Below, in pieces: positions 26,530-36,248 of a stretch of DNA of 64,000 nucleotides (positions within the stretch are counted from its first letter, which is position 1; the number at the start of each line of letters is the position of its first letter). The translations under genes and the position numbers were made by a program. The notes under the pieces are model-generated. The model saw only the letters and a list, made by a program, of their open reading frames with translations. It had not been told where the DNA came from and made no database searches. Origin of the DNA: an uncultured Candidatus Rokubacteria bacterium (GTDB taxonomy: Bacteria > Methylomirabilota > Methylomirabilia > Rokubacteriales > CSP1-6); contig CAVXJS010000005.1 of assembly GCA_963762145.1 (NCBI GenBank), forward strand, positions 1 through 64,000. The letters run 5' to 3'.

Positions 26530-27660
26530 GCCCGCGCCGGCCGCTGACCGTGCTGCACCTCGTGGCCAATCGCTGGTGGACGGGCAGTGCCGAGCCCGTG
26601 ATCCGCCTGCTCACCGGCCTGCGGGCCCGCGGGCACCACGTCCTGCTCGGCCTGATCGCGGGCGACCGCTTCGAGCAGAAAGCGCGCGAGGCCGGCCTCG
26701 AGCCGCTGCCCGGGCTCTCCCTCGAGGTCCGGGGCAACCCGATCCACGCGGTGGCCGACTTCCGTCGCGTACGGGCCATCGTGCGCGCCGAGGGCGTGGA
26801 CGTGATCCACGTCCACCACTCCCACGACCACTGGCTGGGCTGGCTGGCGCGGGCCCGCGGCCCGGCCGCGCTGGTCCGCACCTTCCACAATGCGCGCGCG
26901 CTGCGCCTGGACCGGCCGTCCATCGCGCTCTACCGTCGCACCGATGCACTGATCACGGTCAGCCGCGAGATCGAGGAGCGCGCCCGGGGCGCCGGCATTC
27001 CCGCCCACCGCCTGGCGCGCGTGGACGGAGTGGTGGACCTCGGCCGCTTCGAGACCGGCGACGGCGGTGCCGCGATCCGCAAGGAGTTCGACCTGGGCGA
27101 CGCGCCGGTGCTGGGCTGCGTGGCCCGGCTCGCGCCGACACGCGGCCACGACCTGCTGATCCGCGGATTCCGCGCTGCTGCTCGCGGAGCACCCGGGCGC
27201 CCGGCTCCTCCTGGTCGGCAAGGGCGAGGCCCGCGCGCAGCTCGAGGCCCTCGTGGGCGAGCTCGGCCTCACTCGCGAGGTGCTCTTCACCGGCTATCGC
27301 GACGTGGATCTGCCCGGCGTGCTGCAGGCGCTCGACGGCTTCGCGCTGATGGGCGCGGGCTCCGACGAGTCCTGCCGCGCCGCCCTGGAGGCCATGGCGG
27401 CCGGGCGGCCGGTGGTCGGCCGCCGGGTGGGCGCGCTGCCCGAGACGGTGGTTCACGGCGTGACGGGGCTGCTGGTGGACGACGACCGGCCCGAGTCCGT
27501 CGCCTCGGCCCTGCGCGCCCTGATCGCGGAGCCGGAGCGGGCGGTGGCGATGGGCCAGGCGGGGCGGGAGCGGGCGCGGACGCTCTACGGCTCCGACGCG
27601 CATGCCGCACGCGTGGAGGCGGTGTACGAGGACGCGCTTCGGTTGCGGAACACGCGATGA
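26526..27660 (+). CDS. GT4 glycosyltransferase 2 (frameshifted)
   Basis: HLVANRWWTGSAEP, HVHHSHDH, SCRAALEAMAAGRPVV. Confidence 0.85.
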
Positions 27661-27696
27661 CGGTTGTCCGCCATTCGATGACGGTTGTCCGCCATT
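27655..27696 (+). repeat. Exact 21-bp tandem duplication (2 copies)
   Basis: CGATGACGGTTGTCCGCCATT at 27655-27675 and 27676-27696. Confidence 0.9.
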
Positions 27697-27754
27697 GGGG
27701 GAGTGCGGGGGCCATTTCTGGGCCCCCGCATTTGATAGAGCCTGAAGAAGTAAG
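27682..27754 (+). repeat. Palindromic repeat family A, copy 2
   Basis: CGGTTGTCCGCCATTGGGGGAGTGCGGGGGCCATTTCTGGGCCCCCGCATTTGATAGAGCCTGAAGAAGTAAG. Confidence 0.88.
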
Positions 27755-27757
27755 CGA

Positions 27758-28921
27758 GTGCTCACGAGGCAACCGGCCGTGACCATTCGACATATCGTGT
27801 CGTGTCGGGGGTGGTCCTCGGACGCGTACTGGGCGGCGCGGGCGGTGGTGGAGCTCGATCGCGCGGGCCACGACGTGACGCTCGTCTGCAAGAAGAGCAG
27901 CGAGGTCCGCGTCGTCCGCCGGGCGAAGGAAGCGGGCATCGAGCGGCTCGAGACGCTCCACCTCTCGGGCGGCGTCTCGCCGATCACGGACGCGAGCGAC
28001 GTCCGCCAGCTCGTCGCGTGGCTGCCGGAGACGCTGGTGTTCCACGTCCATCGAGGCAAGGAGCACTGGCTGGCCGCGCTCGCCAACCGCTTCTCGAACC
28101 CGCGCCGGGCCATCGTGCGCACGCGGCACATCGTCCAGCCCATCCGCCCCCACGCGCTGAACCGCTGGCTCTACGGCTCGGCGACCGATCTCACCGTCAC
28201 CGTCACCGAGGCGATCCGCCGCCAGATCATCGCGAGCGGGCTGGCCCCGGAGGACCGCGTGGTGACCGTGCCGGGCGGGGTCGACGCCGATCTCTATCGC
28301 CCGGACGTGGCACCGCCGCACCGCCTCGACGCGCGCGGGCTGCTGAAGGTACCGCCGGACGTGCCGCTCATCGGCCTGGTCGGCGGCTTCCGGGTCATGA
28401 AGGGGCACGAGATCGTCGTGGCGGCCGCGGCCCGGCTCGCCGCCACCGGGCTGCCGTTCCACCTGGTCTTCGTCGGGCAGGGGCCGTTCACCGAGCGCGT
28501 CCGCGGGCTCATCCAGGCCGCGGGCCTCGCGGACCGCGTCTCCCTCGTCGGCTTCGTGGACGAGCTCCCCGCGGTCATGGCGGCGCTCGACGTCGCGCTC
28601 TACGCGGCGCTCGAGTCCGACGGCATGTCGCGCGTGCTCTGGGAATACCTGGCCGCCGCGGTCCCCGTGGTGGCGACCCGCGTCGGCGTGGTGCCCGAGG
28701 TGCTGGAAGACGACGCCACCGCGCTGCTCGTGCCCGCCGGAGAATCCGTTCCCCTCGCGGCGGCCATCGAGCGCCTGCTGCGCGACGCGGCGCTCCGCCG
28801 CCGCCTGGGCGCCGCGGGCGCCGACCTGGTCCGCGAACGCTACTCGGGCGCCCGGCTCGCCGAGCGTCTCGGCGCCCTCTACCTCTCGCTCGCGGCGGAT
28901 TCGGCGCGGCCGGCCCGGTGA
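27758..28921 (+). CDS. GT4 glycosyltransferase 3
   Basis: VRTRH, KGHE, DGMSRVLWEYLAAAVPVVATRVG. Confidence 0.85.
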   Translation: MLTRQPAVTIRHIVSCRGWSSDAYWAARAVVELDRAGHDVTLVCKKSSEVRVVRRAKEAGIERLETLHLSGGVSPITDASDVRQLVAWLPETLVFHVHRGKEHWLAALANRFSNPRRAIVRTRHIVQPIRPHALNRWLYGSATDLTVTVTEAIRRQIIASGLAPEDRVVTVPGGVDADLYRPDVAPPHRLDARGLLKVPPDVPLIGLVGGFRVMKGHEIVVAAAARLAATGLPFHLVFVGQGPFTERVRGLIQAAGLADRVSLVGFVDELPAVMAALDVALYAALESDGMSRVLWEYLAAAVPVVATRVGVVPEVLEDDATALLVPAGESVPLAAAIERLLRDAALRRRLGAAGADLVRERYSGARLAERLGALYLSLAADSARPAR

Positions 28922-30051
28922 AGGTCTCGATTCTCTGCTTCGACGTCTCGGATAACGCGATGGGGCGCGCGTGGCTGCTCGCCCGCCTCCTGGAGCCGGT
29001 CGGCACCGTGGAGATCGTCGGGCCCCGCTTCGGCACGACCGTCTGGGATCCCGTGGCGGACGAGCCCGTACCGGTCCGGTCGGTCCCTGGGCGGCGCCTT
29101 CCCGCCTTCGCGGGGCGGCTGCCGGCCCTGGCCCGGATGGCCGACGGCGATCTGATCTACGCGTCCAAGCCCCGGCTGACGAGCGCCGGGGTCGGGTATC
29201 TGGCGCGCCTCGGGCGCCGCCGGCCGCTGCTGCTCGACATCGACGATTGGGAGGTCGGATTCTTCCTTCGCGGGGGCGTGTGGGGGACCATCGGGCGCGC
29301 GTTGAATCTCTCAAATCCAAGAGGGCTTGCGTGGACCTGGCTGATGGAGCGCCTCAGGGGGATGGCCGACGGCGTCACGGTCGCCTCGCGCTTCCTCGAG
29401 CAGCGCTTCGGAGGCGTCCTGATCCCGCACGTCCGGGACACCGACCGCTGGGCGCCGGGCCGCGCCGACCCCGCCGCCGCGCGCGAGCGGCTCGGCGTGG
29501 ACAAGCAGCGCGTCGTCATGTTCCTCGGCACACCCCGCGGCTACAAGGGGGTGGAGGATCTGGCGGACGCCGTGGAGCGGCTGGGGCGCCCCGACGTCGT
29601 CCTGGCCCTCGTCGGCACGGAGCCCGCCTCGGCGACCGGCCAGGCCCTGGGCTCCCGGCATCCGGGAATCCGTCTCGTCGGGCGGATTCCCATCGCCCAG
29701 GTCCCGGACTTCCTCTCCGCGGCCGACCTGGTCGTCGTTCCGCAGCGCGAGAGCAGCGACACGCGCGGCCAGGTGCCGGCGAAGCTCTTCGACGCCATGG
29801 CCCTGGCCCGGCCGATCGTCTCCACGCGGGTGTCCATGATTCCGGAGATCCTCGAGGGGTGCGGGGTGCTGGTCCCGCCGGGCGACGTGACCGCACTCGC
29901 GGCGGCCATCGGGCGCCTGCTCGCCCGGCCCGACGAGGCGCGCGCGCTCGGGGAAGCGGCCCGGCGCCGGGCGGTGGACCGCTACAGCTTCGAGGCCGCC
30001 CGGCGTGCGCTCTTTCCCCTGGTCGAGCGCGTGCGCGCGGGAGGCCGTTGA
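28918..30051 (+). CDS. GT4 glycosyltransferase 4
   Basis: GTG 28918 overlaps the previous stop; FLGTPRGYKGVEDL, PAKLFDAMALARPIV. Confidence 0.85.
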   Translation: MKVSILCFDVSDNAMGRAWLLARLLEPVGTVEIVGPRFGTTVWDPVADEPVPVRSVPGRRLPAFAGRLPALARMADGDLIYASKPRLTSAGVGYLARLGRRRPLLLDIDDWEVGFFLRGGVWGTIGRALNLSNPRGLAWTWLMERLRGMADGVTVASRFLEQRFGGVLIPHVRDTDRWAPGRADPAAARERLGVDKQRVVMFLGTPRGYKGVEDLADAVERLGRPDVVLALVGTEPASATGQALGSRHPGIRLVGRIPIAQVPDFLSAADLVVVPQRESSDTRGQVPAKLFDAMALARPIVSTRVSMIPEILEGCGVLVPPGDVTALAAAIGRLLARPDEARALGEAARRRAVDRYSFEAARRALFPLVERVRAGGR

Positions 30052-31153
30052 ATGCGCGTGGGCCTCATCTGCCGGCCGTTCTCCTTCCACGGCGGCGTCG
30101 AGACCGCGACCGCGGGCCTGCTTGCCGCCCTCCGTCACGCCGGCCACGACGTCGAGCTGATCAGCACGCGACGGCAGGCGTCGGTGGCGGGCCTCGTGGT
30201 GCACCGCGTGCCGACGCTGCGCCATCCCTCCGTGCTCCGTCTGATCTCGTTCGCGGTCGCGGCGCGCGCCGCCGCGGCGCGCCACGGATACGACCTCGTG
30301 CAGAGCCACGAGCGCGCGCTCGCCCAGGATGTCTACCGCGCGGGCGAGGGCTGCCACGCCGCCTACCTCGAGGCGATGCGACGGAAGGTCACCGGGGCCG
30401 CGCCGTACCATCGCCTGGTCCTGGCGCTGGAGCGGCGCATCTTCCAGCTCCGCACCGCGCGGCACGTGGTGGCGATCTCGCGGCAAGGGAAGGAGGAGAT
30501 CGAGCGGCGGTTCGGCACGGATCCGGCGCGGGTGACCCTGATCTACAACGGGGTGGATCTCGAGCGCTTCCATCCCGACAACCGGGGCCGCCACCGCCGC
30601 GCCCACGCGACAGGCGCTCCGCATTCCCGAGGAGGCGTGGACCGTGCTCTTCGTGGGCTCGGGCTTCGAGCGCAAGGGCCTGGACTGCCTGCTCGAGGCC
30701 TTCGCGCGCGTGGCCGACACGGACAGCCGGCTGGTCGTGACCGGGAAGGGGGCCGAGGCGCCGTACCAGCGCCTCGCCGCGAGCCTCGGCATCGCCGAGC
30801 GCACGATCTGGACCGGGCCGAAGGAAGACGTGGAACGGCTCTATGCCGCCGCCGACGCGGTCGCGCTGCCCGCCCGATACGAGCCGTTCGGCAACGTGCA
30901 CCTGGAAGCGCTCGCCTCCGGCGTGCCGGTGCTCAGCAGCGCGCGGGCGGGCGGCTCCGAGATCGTGCGCCGCGGGGAGAACGGCTGGGTCGCCGCCCAG
31001 GCCGCGGCCGCGCCGATCGCGGAGGGACTCGCCGCGCTCCGCGACGCGCCCGCGGGCGGCTGGGCGGCGCGCGCGCGCGCCTCCGTCGAGCGGTTCACCT
31101 ACGCCGCGCAGGCGCAGGCGTTCACGACGCTCTACGCCCTCCTCCGCCGCTGA
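30052..31153 (+). CDS. GT4 glycosyltransferase 5, WaaG/WabG-like (one indel)
   Basis: GGVE, VQSHER, DVYRAGEGCH, FVGSGFERKGL, YEPFGNVHLEALASG. Confidence 0.85.
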
Positions 31154-31199
31154 TCACCCGGCGCCCGCCGGGGCGCAGGCTCCAAACCCTCCATTTTCA

Positions 31200-31228
31200 T
31201 TGATCAATCGGGGCCAGGGCCTTACACT
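31200..31228 (+). promoter_or_regulatory. Putative sigma70 promoter TTGATC-17-TACACT for gmhB
   Basis: -35 at 31200-31205, -10 at 31223-31228, ATG 8 nt downstream; palindrome ATTGATCAAT overlaps the -35. Confidence 0.5.
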
Positions 31229-31236
31229 GCCAGTCA

Positions 31237-31842
31237 ATGTCGAGTCATGCTGGGCTTCTGCGGCCCGCCGTGTTCATGGACCGCGACGGCTGCCTCACGG
31301 AGGAAGTGGGCTACGTGAACCACCCGAGCCGGATCCGCTTGCTGCCGCGCACCGCGGCGGCGGTCCGTCGGCTCAACCTGGCCGGGATCGCCGCGGTGAT
31401 GGTCACGAACCAGGCGGGCGTCGCGCGCGGGTACTTCTCCGAGGAGACGCTGCACGCGGCCAATCGGCGCATGGTGGGCGAGCTCGAGGCGGGCGGCGCG
31501 CGCCTCGACGGCCTCTACGTCTGCATGCACCATCCACGCGAGGGCCGGCCGCCGTACCGCGCCGAGTGCGACTGCCGCAAGCCGCGCCCCGGGCTCCTCA
31601 CCCGCGCGGCCGCCGAGCTCGGCCTCGACCTGCGGGCCTCGGTGATGGTGGGCGACAAGCTCTCCGACGTGGCGGCCGGGCAGTCGGCGGGCGCCGCCGG
31701 CGTGCTCGTGCTCACCGGCTACGGCCGCGGGGAGTGGGAGTACCGGCCGCCCGGCGGGGAGATCAAGCCGGACCACGTGGCCGAGGATCTGCTGGACGCG
31801 GTGGACTGGGCGCTCGCCCGCGCGGCGGACACGGGGCGCTGA
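31237..31842 (+). CDS. gmhB: D-glycero-D-manno-heptose 1,7-bisphosphate phosphatase
   Basis: DRDGCL, VTNQAGVARG, CMHHP, CDCRKPRPG, MVGDK. Confidence 0.9.
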   Translation: MSSHAGLLRPAVFMDRDGCLTEEVGYVNHPSRIRLLPRTAAAVRRLNLAGIAAVMVTNQAGVARGYFSEETLHAANRRMVGELEAGGARLDGLYVCMHHPREGRPPYRAECDCRKPRPGLLTRAAAELGLDLRASVMVGDKLSDVAAGQSAGAAGVLVLTGYGRGEWEYRPPGGEIKPDHVAEDLLDAVDWALARAADTGR

Positions 31843-31843
31843 C

Positions 31844-32861
31844 ATGTTCCCGGTGCAGCGGCTCAAGGATGCGGTCGCGCGCTTCGCGGGCCGGCGCATC
31901 GCGGTGGTCGGCGATCTCATCGCCGACGAGTATCTCTACGGCAAGCCCGCGCGCATCTCTCGCGAGGCGCCGGTCCTGATCCTGCGCTTCACCGACCGCG
32001 AGGTGCGGCTCGGCGGCGCGGCCAACGCGGCCCACAACGTGCACGCTCTCGGCGCCACCGTCCTGCCGGTGGGCCTGCTCGGTCAAGACGGCGCGGGGGC
32101 CGAGGTCCACACGCTCTTCCACCAGGCGGGGATGAGCACGGACGGCATCTCGCGCGAGCCGGCGACGGCCCACTCCGGTGAAGACCCGCATCATGGCGGG
32201 CGGCTACCAATCCACCCGGCAGCAGGTCGTCCGCCTGGACCGCGAGCCGGACGGCGCCATCAGCGGTCCCGCGGAGGCGCGCCTGATCGAGCGGCTCCAG
32301 GCGGTCGGCGCGGCCGCCGACGCCTTCCTCGTCTCGGACTACGGCTACGGCACGGTGACCGCGCGTGTCTACGAGACGGTGCTCGAGCTCGCCCGCGCGC
32401 GGCAGGTACCGGTGACGGTGGACAGCCGGTACGAGCTGCCCCGCTTCAAGGGCGCCACCGCGGCCACTCCGAACGAGCCGGAGGTGGAAGAGCTCACCGG
32501 CCAGGAGCTCGGCGACGAGCCGGCCATCGAGAAGGCGGGACGCGCGGTGCTCGAACGCCTCGACGCGCGCCTGCTCCTGGTCACCCGGGGCAGCCGGGGC
32601 ATGGCCCTCTTCGAGCGCGAAGGACCGGTGACGTTCATGCCGATCCACGGCACCGACGAGATCGCGGACGTCACCGGCGCGGGCGACACGGTGATCAGCA
32701 CGTTCACGGTCGGCCTCGCCGCCCGCGCCACCGCCGGCGAGGCCGCGTGGCTCGCCAACGTGGCGGGCGGCGTCGTGGTCATGAAGCGCGGGACCGCGAC
32801 CGTGACGGTGGCCGAGCTGCTGGCCGCGCTGGCGAGCGATGGCGGCCGTCCTCAGCGTTGA
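31844..32861 (+). CDS. hldA: Heptose-7-phosphate kinase (RfaE domain I; one indel)
   Basis: [39 protein letters not shown]. Confidence 0.88.
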
Positions 32862-33325
32862 GGAGGCCGGCCGCCTCGCGTCCGGCTGGCGCGCGGCGGG
32901 CAAGCGGCTGGTGCTCGCCAACGGCTGCTTCGATCTCCTCCACGTCGGCCACGTCCGCTATCTCCAGGCCGCGCGCGCGCTCGGGGACGCGCTGGTGGTC
33001 GGGCTCAACTCCGACGCTTCGGTCCGACGCCTGAAGGGCCCGGGCCGTCCGGTGATGCCCGCCGCGGAGCGCGCGGAGCTGATCGCGGCGGTGAGCGGGG
33101 TGGACGCGGTGGTCGTGTTCGAGGAGGACAGCGCCGACGCGCTGATCGCGCGCCTCCGCCCCGACGTGCACGCCAAGGGCACCGACTACACCGAGCAGAA
33201 CGTTCCCGAGCGCGGTACGGTGGAAGCGCTGGGCGGCCCGGATCGCCATCGCGGGCGACCCGAAGACGCACTCGACGAAAGACGTGATCGCCACCATCCT
33301 GACCCGCTTCGGAACCGGCCGATGA
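32839..33325 (+). CDS. hldC: Heptose-1-phosphate adenylyltransferase (RfaE domain II; one indel)
   Basis: [35 protein letters not shown]. Confidence 0.88.
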
Positions 33326-34365
33326 GGCCCGAACAGCTGACGACGAGGATCGCCATCGTCAAGCTCTCCTCGCTCGGCGACGTCATCCACGCGATCCCGG
33401 TCGCGCGCGCGCTCCGTCGGGCGCGGCCGGGCGTCCACCTCGCCTGGATCGTCGAGGCGCGCGAGTACGCCCTCCTGAAGGACCACCCGGATCTCGACAC
33501 GGTGGTGCCGGTGGACACCCGGCGCTGGCGGCGGCTCATCCGGCGCCCCTCGGGCGTGCGCGAGGTGGTCGGCAAGATCGGGCGCCTGCGGGGCCGCATT
33601 CGCGGGGCGCACTTCGACGTCGCCCTGGATCTGCAGGGCCTCATCAAGAGCGGGCTGCTCACCGCCTACACCGGCGCGCCGCTCCGCATCGGCTTCACCG
33701 CGGACCACTGCCGCGAGGGGCTGAACTGTCTGTTCACCAACCGGCGCGTGCGCCCGCCCGCCGAGGCAGTGCACGTGGTGGACCAGTACCTGGCCCTCCT
33801 CGGGCCGCTCGGCATCCCGCCGGGGCCGGTCGAGTTCCACGTGCCGATCCCCGCGCGCGCCACGCTCGGCATGGACAATTTCCTCGGCGAGCAGGGCGTG
33901 AAGAGCCGCGACCTGCTGGTGGCCGTGAATCCCGGCGCGGGGCGCGCCAACAAGCAATGGCCGGTCGCGCACTTCCGGCGCCTCGTGGACCGCCTCGCCA
34001 GCGAGCCCAACGTGAGGGTCCTCCTCCTGTGGGGTCCGGACGAGGTCCACATGGCGCGCGAGATCCGCGACGGGTCGAGCGCGCGCGCGATCCTCGCGCC
34101 GCCCACCGACCTGCACGAGCTCGCGGCCCTGCTGCGCCGCGCCTCGCTCATGGTGGCCAACGACACCGGGCCGCTGCACCTGGCCGCCGCGCTCGGCACG
34201 CCGAGTCTCGGTCTCTTCGGGCCGACGCGCGCGGCGCGCAACGGCCCCTACGGCCCCCAGTGCCGCGGGCTCCAGAGCCCCGACGGCACGATGGCGGGTT
34301 TGACCCCGGAGGTGGCGCTGGAGGCGGCCCTCGCCATGCTCGCGCTGCGGGAGGCCGCGCCGTGA
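33322..34365 (+). CDS. waaC: GT9 LPS heptosyltransferase I
   Basis: [33 protein letters not shown]. Confidence 0.88.
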   Translation: MRPEQLTTRIAIVKLSSLGDVIHAIPVARALRRARPGVHLAWIVEAREYALLKDHPDLDTVVPVDTRRWRRLIRRPSGVREVVGKIGRLRGRIRGAHFDVALDLQGLIKSGLLTAYTGAPLRIGFTADHCREGLNCLFTNRRVRPPAEAVHVVDQYLALLGPLGIPPGPVEFHVPIPARATLGMDNFLGEQGVKSRDLLVAVNPGAGRANKQWPVAHFRRLVDRLASEPNVRVLLLWGPDEVHMAREIRDGSSARAILAPPTDLHELAALLRRASLMVANDTGPLHLAAALGTPSLGLFGPTRAARNGPYGPQCRGLQSPDGTMAGLTPEVALEAALAMLALREAAP

Positions 34366-35138
34366 GCCGCCTCTCGGTGACGATCATCGCGTGGAACGAG
34401 GAGGAGCGCCTGCGCGCCTGTCTCGAGAGCGTGGCCTGGGCCGACGAGATCGTGGTGGTGGACGCGGAGTCGGCCGACAAGACCGTGCAGATCGCGCACG
34501 AGTTCACCGACAAGGTCTCGGTGCGGCCGTGGCCCGGCTTCGCGGCCCAGAAGAACTTCGCCATCGACCAGGCGACCGGCGACTGGATCCTCTCCCTCGA
34601 CGCCGACGAGCGGGTGACCCCCGAGCTGCGCGACCGCGTCCGCGCGATCCTCAAGGACGAGGGCGCGGCGAACGGCTACTCGATCCCGCGACGGAACATC
34701 TTCTGGGGGGCGTGGGTGCGCCACGGCGGCCTCTATCCGGACTACCAGCTCCGGCTCTTCCGGCGGAGCGCCGGGCGCTTCGTGGAGAACGCGGTCCACG
34801 AGTCGGTCACCGTGTCGGGGCGGGTGGAGACGCTGTCCGAGCCGATGCTGCACCACTCCTACCGCGATCTGGAGGACTTCGTCCGTCGCTCCAATCGCTA
34901 TTCGACCCTGTCCGCGCAGGACTGGATCCGCCGGGGCCGCCGGGGCGGGCTCGTGGGGCTGGTGACTCGGCCCCTCGGCCGCTTCTTTTCCATGTACATT
35001 GTTCACCGAGGCTTCCTGGACGGCTGGCGGGGCTTCGTGCTCGCCGTTCTCTACGCCGAGTACGTCTTCCTGCGCATGGCCAAGGTGTGGGAGACCCGGC
35101 GGGGCCGGAAGCCCGGAGAGGGTGACGAGACGTCATGA
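34362..35138 (+). CDS. GT2 glycosyltransferase (WaaE/KdtX-like)
   Basis: [48 protein letters not shown]. Confidence 0.88.
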   Translation: MSRLSVTIIAWNEEERLRACLESVAWADEIVVVDAESADKTVQIAHEFTDKVSVRPWPGFAAQKNFAIDQATGDWILSLDADERVTPELRDRVRAILKDEGAANGYSIPRRNIFWGAWVRHGGLYPDYQLRLFRRSAGRFVENAVHESVTVSGRVETLSEPMLHHSYRDLEDFVRRSNRYSTLSAQDWIRRGRRGGLVGLVTRPLGRFFSMYIVHRGFLDGWRGFVLAVLYAEYVFLRMAKVWETRRGRKPGEGDETS

Positions 35139-36127
35139 CCGGATCGCGGGAACGTGTGCTGTCGGGGATGCGGCCGACCGGCCAGCTCCACCTCGGCAAC
35201 TACCTCGGAGCGCTCGAGAACTGGGTCAAGCTCCAGGACGGCTACGAGTGCTTCTATTTCGTGGCGAACTGGCACGTGCTCACGACCAATCCGGGCGGGA
35301 TCGGCGAGGTACCCCGGGACACGATCGAGATGGGCGCGGACTGGCTCGGGGCCGGCCTCGATCCCGAGCGGTCGACGCTGTTCATCCAGTCGCTGGTGCC
35401 GGAGCACGCCGAGCTGCACCTGCTCTTCTCCATGGCCACGCCGGTGGCCTGGCTCGAGCGGGTCCCCACCTACAAGGAGATGGTGGAGCAGCTCGGCATC
35501 GAGTCGCCCTCCTACGGCCTGCTCGGCTACCCGCTGCTCCAGTCGGCGGACATCCTGATGTACAAGGCCCAGTGGGTCCCGGTGGGCGCCGACCAGGTGC
35601 CGCACATCGAGCTGACCCGCGAGGTGGCGCGGCGATTCAACCACACGTGGAAGGCCGTCTTTCCGGAGCCGCAGGCCAAGCTGACCGAGATCCCCAAGGT
35701 GCCGGGGACGGACGGGCGGAAGATGTCGAAGTCCTACGGCAACGCGATCTATCTGTCCGACACCACCGAGGAGATCACGGCCAAGATCAAGCCGATGGTC
35801 ACGGATCCCGCGCGCAAGCGCCGCACCGACCCCGGCAACCCGGACATCTGCCCGGTCTTCGACCTGCACCGGATCTTCACCCCCGCCGCGGAGCGCGAGG
35901 CCTGCGCGACGGGCTGCCGCACCGCCGCCATCGGCTGCCTCGACTGCAAGGGCGTGCTGCTCCGGCACATGCTGCCGCCGCTGGCCGCGATCCGGGAGCG
36001 CCGCCAGCGTTTCGTCGAGAAGCCGCAGGCGATCGTCGAGATCCTGCACGAAGGCTCCAAGCGCGCCCGCCGCGTCGCCCAGCAGACCATGGCCGAAGTC
36101 CACGACGCGGTGAAACTCGAGCCATGA
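35135..36127 (+). CDS. trpS: Tryptophan--tRNA ligase
   Basis: SGMRPTGQLHLGNY, VPVGADQ, KMSKS. Confidence 0.96.
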   Translation: MTGSRERVLSGMRPTGQLHLGNYLGALENWVKLQDGYECFYFVANWHVLTTNPGGIGEVPRDTIEMGADWLGAGLDPERSTLFIQSLVPEHAELHLLFSMATPVAWLERVPTYKEMVEQLGIESPSYGLLGYPLLQSADILMYKAQWVPVGADQVPHIELTREVARRFNHTWKAVFPEPQAKLTEIPKVPGTDGRKMSKSYGNAIYLSDTTEEITAKIKPMVTDPARKRRTDPGNPDICPVFDLHRIFTPAAEREACATGCRTAAIGCLDCKGVLLRHMLPPLAAIRERRQRFVEKPQAIVEILHEGSKRARRVAQQTMAEVHDAVKLEP

Positions 36128-36182
36128 CCGATGACCGAGCCCAGCGCCGGAACGAGTGTCCGCGAACCAACGAAATGCCCGG

Positions 36183-36247
36183 CTATTTCTTCGGTTGTCC
36201 GCGGATGGGGGAGTGCGGGGGCCATTTCGGGGCCCCCGCATTAGATA
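36183..36247 (+). repeat. Palindromic repeat family A, copy 3
   Basis: CTATTTCTTCGGTTGTCCGCGGATGGGGGAGTGCGGGGGCCATTTCGGGGCCCCCGCATTAGATA. Confidence 0.88.
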
Positions 36248-36248
36248 A

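Noticed and set aside
32839-34365. HldC-WaaC fusion ORF
   Set aside because: An indel near 33240 explains it; the HldC end reads in another frame to TGA 33325, overlapping ATG 33322.
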